This document shows positions 37,014 through 43,622 of a DNA stretch of 43,622 nt, in pieces. The position numbers and the translations under genes are program-made. Under the pieces are notes generated by a model. That model searched no databases and was not told the origin of the DNA. It was given only the letters and a program-made list of their open reading frames with translations. This DNA is from Bacillota bacterium (GTDB taxonomy: Bacteria > Bacillota > GCA-003054495 > Carboxydocellales > JAJZTU01): assembly GCA_021848765.1 (NCBI GenBank), contig JAJZTU010000003.1:1-43622 (forward strand), written 5' to 3'. Position 1 is the stretch's first letter. Every line of letters starts with the position of its first letter.

Positions 37014-37979
37014 TTACAATATTTTCCTGCTATGAAGTACCAAAGCTGCTGCCCCGTAGGAACCGGCATCATTACCCAACCGGGCCCTCACAACCTGCAC
37101 TGAGGAGGCCGGTACTTCCAAGGCCAGTTCCTTTATTTTTTCCCGAATGGGTTCCAGTAAGAGCGACCCGGCCTTAGACACACCTCCACCGATTACAATC
37201 AATTCGGGATTCAGGATATTCACCAGGTTAGCCAGACCCATCCCCAGGTATTTGGCGGTTTCGGCTACCATCTTTTGGGCCAGGGCATCCCCTTCCCCGG
37301 CAGCCTTGAAGATATCCTTGGCCTCGATGTTGACAACATTGGTTAAAGAGCTCTCCTGCCCCTGAGCCAGGGCTTCCCTGACCCGCTTGACCATCCAGGG
37401 CGCCGAGGTCAGAGCTTCCAGATGCCCTTGAATCCCGCAGTTACAGCGCGGTCCCCCTTCCACCAGGATGGTGTGCCCGATTTCACCGGCGCTGCCTGTG
37501 GCCCCGCGGTAGAGGCGGCCGCCCAGGATAAGGCCGCCGCCCACCCCGGTACCCACGGTAATCATCACCATATGCTGAGCCCCCTGACCGGCGCCTTGCC
37601 ACAGTTCCCCCAAAGCGGCAGCATTGGCGTCATTGTCCAGGTAAACCTCTACGGGTAACTTGCTTTCCAACATGGTTTTCACAGGGACATGGCGCCAATC
37701 CAGGTTAGGCGAAAACAGCACCGTACCGGTCGTAAAATCATGATTTCCCGGAACCCCAATACCGATGCCCAGCAGGTCTCCGGTAGTCAGATTCGCCTTT
37801 TGCAGCAAACTCGTGCCGGCCAGGGCCATCCGGTCCACTACTGTCCCGGGACCGGCTTCAGCTTGAGTGGGAAGCTTAGTTTTTTCCAGGAGGGCGCCCT
37901 GAAGATCAAACAGGGCTGCCTTAATAAAAGTACCCCCCAGATCGATTCCAATTACGTATTTTTGCTCAGCTTTAGTCAC
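37014..37979 (-). CDS. ROK-family kinase (glucokinase-like)
   Basis: GIDLGGT, DNDANAAALGE, GTGVGGG and GEIGH..CNCG..GHLE motifs. Confidence 0.94.
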   Translation of the reverse strand: MTKAEQKYVIGIDLGGTFIKAALFDLQGALLEKTKLPTQAEAGPGTVVDRMALAGTSLLQKANLTTGDLLGIGIGVPGNHDFTTGTVLFSPNLDWRHVPVKTMLESKLPVEVYLDNDANAAALGELWQGAGQGAQHMVMITVGTGVGGGLILGGRLYRGATGSAGEIGHTILVEGGPRCNCGIQGHLEALTSAPWMVKRVREALAQGQESSLTNVVNIEAKDIFKAAGEGDALAQKMVAETAKYLGMGLANLVNILNPELIVIGGGVSKAGSLLLEPIREKIKELALEVPASSVQVVRARLGNDAGSYGAAALVLHSRKIL

Positions 37980-37989
37980 CCATATCACC

Positions 37990-38733
37990 TCACACAGCGG
38001 GAACACCCTCAGGAGGATGCTTCTCGCGCCTTAATTCTAAATAGCGGTTAACTTTTTCCACCGAGGTATTAATAACCTGCTCCTCCCTGACCCCAGCCTC
38101 CCGGCAGAGTTTAATAGCTTCCGCGAAACGGCCTACATGATAGGCAAAATGGGAATCGCTTCCGATAACCAGGGGGCAGCCCTTTTCCGCTGCCAGCCTG
38201 GCGATGGTCAAACAATGAGGAGCGCTTCCCTTGCGGGCAGTCCCCAGGGAACTGTTGTTGATTTCAATGGCTATCCCCAAACGGAGACTGGCTGAAACAA
38301 CGGTCTCCGGGTCTACCGGATATTCAGGGTTTCCCGGATGGACAATAATATCCACAAACGGATTCTCCATGGCCCGCAGCAGGGCTTGGGTATTTTGCTC
38401 AATGGTCCCCACAGGAGAGCAAATTGAATGCAGCCCGGCCAGGACGATGTCCATTCTGCGCAGGTAACATTCCGGGAGATCCAGCCCGCCCCGGTTATCA
38501 ATAATGTTAGCTTCCACTCCGGCCAGCACTCTCACTCCGGAGATTTCGGGGGGCAGGACATGGAGATTGCCAAAATGATACAGGTCAGGTCCGCCAGGCA
38601 TGGTAGGCCCATGGTCGGTAATAGCCACCATGGCCAAGCCCCTGCTCTCCGCAGCCCGGGCAATCTCGAGGATAGTGGAGTAAGCATGGCCACTGGCAAT
38701 AGAATGAACGTGTAAGTCAGCCACCAGATGCAT
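37990..38733 (-). CDS. PHP-family phosphatase (YcdX-like)
   Basis: DLHVHSIASGHAYST, TDHGP, HPGNP and GSDSH motifs. Confidence 0.92.
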   Translation of the reverse strand: MHLVADLHVHSIASGHAYSTILEIARAAESRGLAMVAITDHGPTMPGGPDLYHFGNLHVLPPEISGVRVLAGVEANIIDNRGGLDLPECYLRRMDIVLAGLHSICSPVGTIEQNTQALLRAMENPFVDIIVHPGNPEYPVDPETVVSASLRLGIAIEINNSSLGTARKGSAPHCLTIARLAAEKGCPLVIGSDSHFAYHVGRFAEAIKLCREAGVREEQVINTSVEKVNRYLELRREKHPPEGVPAV

Positions 38734-38763
38734 GGAAAACCTCCTTTTTATAGTGTTTATAGG

Positions 38764-39831
38764 CTACTCTTCTACCAGCTTGCGTTTCAGCAAATCAATC
38801 ATGTTTACAGGAGTAGGGTCAATCCCGTACAGGGTAGCCAGGTAAACACTGACATAATCCCCTATGTATGTCAGGGAAAAGGTGCGGGCCAGGGTAGTGT
38901 TGCCTCTGGAATGAACCTCAGTGATACCGGAGACTGCTTTTCCCATGATAGTTTTACTGATTTCCATGCGCTTCTGGACCCGGGGATGGTCAGCTTGATC
39001 CCGCAGGATGATAATTTCCAGATTATTAAGCAGTTGGCCGGGGGCCTCAAAACCCACGATTTCGTTGTGGTTCATTTCCGGCAGGACATTCCAGTAAGCT
39101 GCGGCCTTGGCATTTTCGTTAATCTGGCCCTTCCAGCGGGTGGCCACAACCTCTGTGGTTCCTGATGCGCCGTAGATGACCGGAATTTTATTATACACCT
39201 TCAGGGCGATTGTTTTGGCCTGGTTATTTTCCACCGGGCTTTCCGGCTTGAGAACTTCCCGCAGCTCTTTCAGGTTGCTAATGGCATCCTCGATTTCTGC
39301 GCTAGCATCAGGAATCAGGCCCAGGCGTTGCAGCACCACCACAGTGGGAATAAACAGGTAGCCGGTAGCGGCCCGGGGAGAAATTCCTCCCGGGATGGTT
39401 ATCACGGGCACCCCGTCATTGCCGGCGAGTTCTTTCAGCTTTCCACCGGTGGTAATTACCACGATTTTTGCCCCTTTGGCAATAGCCTGCTGATAAGCGC
39501 TTAAGGTCTCCTCGGTATTGCCGGAAAAGCTGGTAGCAAACAGCAGGGTCTGCGGACCCACAAAATTAGGCAGGGTATAATCACGGTTGACAATCACCGG
39601 GATTCCCGCTTTATCCCCCACATATACCCTGAGCAGGTCACCACCAATAGCCGAGCCTCCCAGGCCGGTGACCATAATCTGGGTAAAGCCCTGATAGCCC
39701 TGGGGAAGCCCGGCTTCCTTGGCAATGGCCAGGGCCTCAGCACACTGTTCAGGCAGCCTCCAGACGGCCTCCAGCATTTTCCCCGGGTCATTGCCGAGAA
39801 TGGTTTGGACGCTGTTAAGTTTTGAATGCAT
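38764..39831 (-). CDS. Bifunctional phosphoglucose/phosphomannose isomerase (SIS)
   Basis: GLGGSAIGG, SFSGNTEET, QINENAK and PEMNHNE motifs. Confidence 0.94.
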   Translation of the reverse strand: MHSKLNSVQTILGNDPGKMLEAVWRLPEQCAEALAIAKEAGLPQGYQGFTQIMVTGLGGSAIGGDLLRVYVGDKAGIPVIVNRDYTLPNFVGPQTLLFATSFSGNTEETLSAYQQAIAKGAKIVVITTGGKLKELAGNDGVPVITIPGGISPRAATGYLFIPTVVVLQRLGLIPDASAEIEDAISNLKELREVLKPESPVENNQAKTIALKVYNKIPVIYGASGTTEVVATRWKGQINENAKAAAYWNVLPEMNHNEIVGFEAPGQLLNNLEIIILRDQADHPRVQKRMEISKTIMGKAVSGITEVHSRGNTTLARTFSLTYIGDYVSVYLATLYGIDPTPVNMIDLLKRKLVEE

Positions 39832-39881
39832 AGTAAGTACCTCCTTATAAACTTTTGTTTTTATAAATAATGTGGCCCGGA

Positions 39882-40536
39882 TAATTACGACCGGTCGGAT
39901 ACCTGTCCCGGTTCGGTGCTCTTAGTTCCGTACCTAGCAGCTCTAAGCTTGGTGTGCTAATAAAATCGACCAACCTTGCTGATGGGGCATCCGTGCCCCC
40001 AGCAAGGTTGCCGGCGTCCATGCCGGCAAGGTCGATTTTATTGCACACCCGCGCTAAGAGCTGCTACGGTACTCCACCATGAGCACCTAAACCGGGACAG
40101 GTATCCTCCCTGACCAAAGTTTCTGCGTGGTTGCCGCACACTCTCACCGGGAAACGGATAGCAAAACGGGGTAACTCTGCCTGATAAGGGACTGGACCGG
40201 GGCACCGTTCGGGATAACTGTTTTATCAGGCCGGGGCTACCGGTCCCTGGTAACTTATTCGCCCAGGCCGGGGCTACCTGCCGGTGAAGGAGCGACTCGC
40301 GGAGTACGGTAGCAGTTCTTAGCGAAGGTGCGCAACAGAATCGACCTTGCCGGCATGGACGCCGGCAACCTCGGCGGGGGCACGGACGCCCCATCGCCGA
40401 GGTCGGTCGATTCTGTTAGCGCACCAAGCTTAGAACTGCTCTGTGCGGAGCGTGGAGCTCCAAACCGGCAGGTAGTCCCGGCCGGAGACAAAAACGAGTC
40501 CGGCCAGAGCAAAACAGGTATCGACCCGACGAATTA
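39882..40536. repeat. Composite palindromic element: two inverted copies of a ~210-bp branched hairpin
   Basis: Copy 1 spans 39897-40106 (17-bp perfect outer stem) and copy 2 spans 40266-40483. The 132-bp cores align without gaps at 113/132. Imperfect terminal inverted repeats at 39882-39906 and 40514-40536. Confidence 0.85.
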
Positions 40537-40569
40537 GCTTAACAGGCAGTAAAGCGTGCAACATTTCCC

Positions 40570-42534
40570 TCACGGCCTGATCTCCAAAACCTCCTCCGCA
40601 TAGGCCCGCAAAACCTCAGCCACTCCCCAGGCCTGAGCATAACACCCCCTGGGCTCATGGGGATGGTCCCCGTCGAAGATTTCGGATATGCTGCCTACAC
40701 CGTGGTCAAAGAGCTGGCCTTTGAAGGGCTCAATCAGCTTTTCCGCTACCACCTGGCTTTCCTGAGAATAGTCATTGACCTTGCGGTAGGCGCTGATAAA
40801 GGGGCCAATCAGCCAACTCCAGGCTGTCCCCTGGTGATAGGCCCCATCCCTTTGTAAGCGGTCTCCCCTGTAATGGCCTTTGTACTGGGGGTCCTCCGGG
40901 GAGAGGCTGCGCAGCCCATAAGGAGTGTATAGATGCTGCCAAACCTTACGGACGATTTTGACCTCTTTGGAGTGGTCCAGCATGGAAAAGGGGAGCGCAA
41001 CAGCGATAATCTGGTTGGGGCGGATGGAACCATCCTTGCGTTCCCCAATGACGTCATAAAGGCACCCGGTAGAATCATTCCAGAATTCCTGAATAAAGCT
41101 CTTCCTCACTTTTTGGGCCAGTTGATTGTAGGCCTTGGGATTATCGTCAAACTTCTGGGCCAGCTTCTCCATTACCCGCAGGGCATTATACCACAGGGCA
41201 TTTATCTCCACAGGCTTACCATGCCTGGGTGTCACTACCCAATCATCTACCTTGGCGTCCATCCAGGTGAGTTGAAGCCCGTGACTGCCTGCGGAAACCA
41301 GACCGTCTTTATCTACGTGGATATTGAAATGGGTCCCTTTCAGGTGGTATTCCACAATTTGCTTTAACACAGGGTAGATGATATCCCGGATAAAGTCGTA
41401 GTTGCCGGTGTAGCGCAAGTATTTATGCACAGCATGAAAAAACCACAGGGAGGCGTCCACAGTATTGTAATCAGGATTTAACCCTTCGTCGGGGAACCGG
41501 TTAGGTATGAGTCCGTCCTTACAATAGCGGGCAAAGGTGGTAAGTATCTCCTTGGCAGCATCAAAGCGTTTGGTAACCAGGGTCAGGCCGGGCAGGGCGA
41601 TCATAGTATCCCGGCCCCAGTCGGTAAACCACGGGTAACCGGCAATGACTGTCTTAGTCCCGGTTGATTCCCGCCGGACGATGAAATTGTCTGCCGCCAC
41701 CACCAGACGGTTGATAAATTCATGGCCATAGCCGGCCTTTTCCACCAGTTGGGAAAGGCGCTTTTCTTCCTGAACCTGCCAGAGTTGGCTGTTGACAGGC
41801 TTAACCGGCTCAGTTGAAGCCACAATCGCAAAACTGCCGCCGCCGGTTAGTTTTACTTCAAACTCACCGGGCATAAAGTGGTCTTCCCATTTGTCCTCCC
41901 CCCGGCTTTCCTCAACGATATAATGGAGTCCCTCAAACCAATAGCCCGGGCCCTGGCTATACCGGGCGCCCTCTCCTGCCAGATAGAGCTTGGGAGCGCC
42001 TGGAAAGGCTTCAATTACCACTCCGTTTCCTTCCGGCTGCTGGTAAAAGGGCCACTGGTTACGGCGGGTGAGCCAGTGGTAATCCCGGCAGTTAATTAAG
42101 GGAGTAATTTTCAGATCTATTGCTTTATCAGGACTGGTATAGACGTTGTACCGGATTACAGTGGTATTCCGGCCGTGGACCATGAACACGATTTTTTCAA
42201 TTAAAACATCTTGGATGCTGTACAGGTAAGTAGGCAGGGGGTGGGTACTAAATTGCTGCAAATAGCGGTGGCCCTGAGGATACAGCCCATTGGCCGTATC
42301 ATTTACTCCCAGAGCGAATTCCCGGTTTTCTATGCATACCCGTTCCTCCAGTTTGGCCAGCAGGAGTGTGCGGTCTGTAGGAGGGCGTAAAGCAGCGAAG
42401 AGCAGACCGTGGTACCGGCGGGTATTGGCTCCCAGGATGGTGGAAGAAGCAAATCCGCCCAAGCCGTTGGTAACCAACCATTCCTTTTCAATTGCGCGTC
42501 CGAAATCTTTCAACTCCGCCTTACCAAAAGTCAT
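40570..42534 (-). CDS. Glycogen debranching enzyme (amylo-alpha-1,6-glucosidase)
   Basis: EWLVTNGLGG, AGYPWFTDWGRDT, LTWMDAK and AQAWGVAE motifs. Confidence 0.95.
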   Translation of the reverse strand: MTFGKAELKDFGRAIEKEWLVTNGLGGFASSTILGANTRRYHGLLFAALRPPTDRTLLLAKLEERVCIENREFALGVNDTANGLYPQGHRYLQQFSTHPLPTYLYSIQDVLIEKIVFMVHGRNTTVIRYNVYTSPDKAIDLKITPLINCRDYHWLTRRNQWPFYQQPEGNGVVIEAFPGAPKLYLAGEGARYSQGPGYWFEGLHYIVEESRGEDKWEDHFMPGEFEVKLTGGGSFAIVASTEPVKPVNSQLWQVQEEKRLSQLVEKAGYGHEFINRLVVAADNFIVRRESTGTKTVIAGYPWFTDWGRDTMIALPGLTLVTKRFDAAKEILTTFARYCKDGLIPNRFPDEGLNPDYNTVDASLWFFHAVHKYLRYTGNYDFIRDIIYPVLKQIVEYHLKGTHFNIHVDKDGLVSAGSHGLQLTWMDAKVDDWVVTPRHGKPVEINALWYNALRVMEKLAQKFDDNPKAYNQLAQKVRKSFIQEFWNDSTGCLYDVIGERKDGSIRPNQIIAVALPFSMLDHSKEVKIVRKVWQHLYTPYGLRSLSPEDPQYKGHYRGDRLQRDGAYHQGTAWSWLIGPFISAYRKVNDYSQESQVVAEKLIEPFKGQLFDHGVGSISEIFDGDHPHEPRGCYAQAWGVAEVLRAYAEEVLEIRP

Positions 42535-42667
42535 GGCTTTTCCTCCTTAAGCAATTCTCCTTCTATTTTCCCACCGGGAGAAAATACTATGAGTAACCGG
42601 CTAACCAATCTAATGCGCCAAACAGTTTACCTGATAGCTTTCGCTGGGTTGGCTGTCTTTTCCTGCT

Positions 42668-42704
42668 TAAAATGCAAAATTACCCTCCAGAGGGCAATCT
42701 TGCA
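42668..42704 (-). terminator. Likely terminator after the cytochrome gene
   Basis: TGCAAGATTGCCCTC / GAGGGTAATTTTGCA stem followed by TTTT. Confidence 0.5.
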
Positions 42705-42711
42705 AAGCAAT

Positions 42712-43622
42712 TTAAGAATCCGTTCTATTGCCATGGCACGCACTGCAGAAGTTCTGCTGCTTGTGGCAGGTTGTACAGCTATTGGCTTTTACCTTTGCTG
42801 CTTGCTCATGTGTAGCCACCCAATTACCGGGATGCGGATTATTTTTGGTGTGACAATCAGTGCAAAAGTTTTTTGCCGCATATTTGGCATATGGGTTGAC
42901 CGGATTTTGACCGGAATGACAATACAGGCACTTATTTGAATCCGCCTTGGCCAATTCGCCGTGGCCCTTGGCAAAACCTCCGGGATGCGGGATAGGCAGT
43001 TTGTGGCAATCCGAGCAGTTGTTAGCCCGCTGTCCCGCTACCGGCTTGGCTCCTTGTTTATGACACTTATTGCAGACCTCCGGGTTAGCCTGATATTCTT
43101 CGGCATGGACCTGCAGGAAGTTTTGCTGGTGTGGGATTACGGTCTTATGACAATCAAAGCAGAAGTTTTGATTGGATTTGGCATTGGCCGCAACATTTAA
43201 TGCGGCATTTGCTTCTCCATCCGGTAGTTTTGTGCCACCTTGGGCTAAGTTAAGCTGATGACAATGGTTGCATTCCTTAATGTTTTTCAGAGCGTACGTC
43301 CCGTGTGCCAAAGCCCATTTTCCCTTGGGCTGGTGACTTTTGGGGACAATATCTTTAATTTGGAGATGACAAGAGGTACACTCATTAGACTTTGGCACCT
43401 TAGCCTGCTTATTCTCAAGCAGTTTGTTGGTATGACAGCTTTGGCAGGCCGCCATAACCTGTTTGGCATCAACCTTATCACTATGGCCTACACCCACATG
43501 ACACAAGGTGCATTTGGTTTCAATCTTGTCATGCTTGGGGTGGTCAAAGCCGATATGTACCCGGTTTTTATACCGCTCATCCCTGGTTTTCGCCAATTCA
43601 GCGGCTAGTTCCTGGTTACCCA
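42712..43622 (-). CDS. Multiheme c-type cytochrome (5' end outside the window)
   Basis: 11 CxxCH motifs in the visible part. The reading frame is open to the window edge. Confidence 0.93.
   Translation of the reverse strand, partial: GNQELAAELAKTRDERYKNRVHIGFDHPKHDKIETKCTLCHVGVGHSDKVDAKQVMAACQSCHTNKLLENKQAKVPKSNECTSCHLQIKDIVPKSHQPKGKWALAHGTYALKNIKECNHCHQLNLAQGGTKLPDGEANAALNVAANAKSNQNFCFDCHKTVIPHQQNFLQVHAEEYQANPEVCNKCHKQGAKPVAGQRANNCSDCHKLPIPHPGGFAKGHGELAKADSNKCLYCHSGQNPVNPYAKYAAKNFCTDCHTKNNPHPGNWVATHEQAAKVKANSCTTCHKQQNFCSACHGNRTDS

Noticed and set aside
39845-40537. Paralogous small proteins (IDLAGMDAGNL.GGTDAPS) from ORFs 39845-40048 and 40328-40537, plus ORFs 40038-40394 and 40255-40512
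   Set aside because: The similarity follows from the DNA repeat. Substitutions track base pairing rather than codon position, and there are no convincing RBSs.

Overview
Chromosomal segment of a spore-forming anaerobic Firmicute (Peptococcaceae/Thermincola-like by gene content; this is inference), with almost all genes on the minus strand. The backbone, read right to left, is: multiheme cytochrome c (partial), glycogen debranching enzyme, PGI/PMI, PHP, ROK kinase, Spo0E-like, PHP, rapZ-yvcK ... whiA, MBL hydrolase, acetyltransferase, rpoN, cggR-gap-pgk-tpiA. Accessory material interrupts it in three places. (1) A cargo-free Tn554-type tyrosine-recombinase element (tnpA-tnpB-tnpC) sits in the pgk-tpiA spacer, with recognisable ends. 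(2) About 21 kb separates yvcK from whiA. It carries a formate channel plus a selenocysteine-containing, probably electron-bifurcating formate dehydrogenase, a TA module, a deletion-riddled acetoin-dehydrogenase-like cluster, a fluoride-riboswitch operon headed by the uncharacterised IscU-like/GGGtGRT pair followed by two Fluc channels, and htrA with a two-component system. (3) A ~650-bp non-coding element at 39.9-40.5 kb consists of two inverted copies of a Y-shaped hairpin whose differences are mostly compensatory base-pair swaps. All alignments and counts were done by eye.
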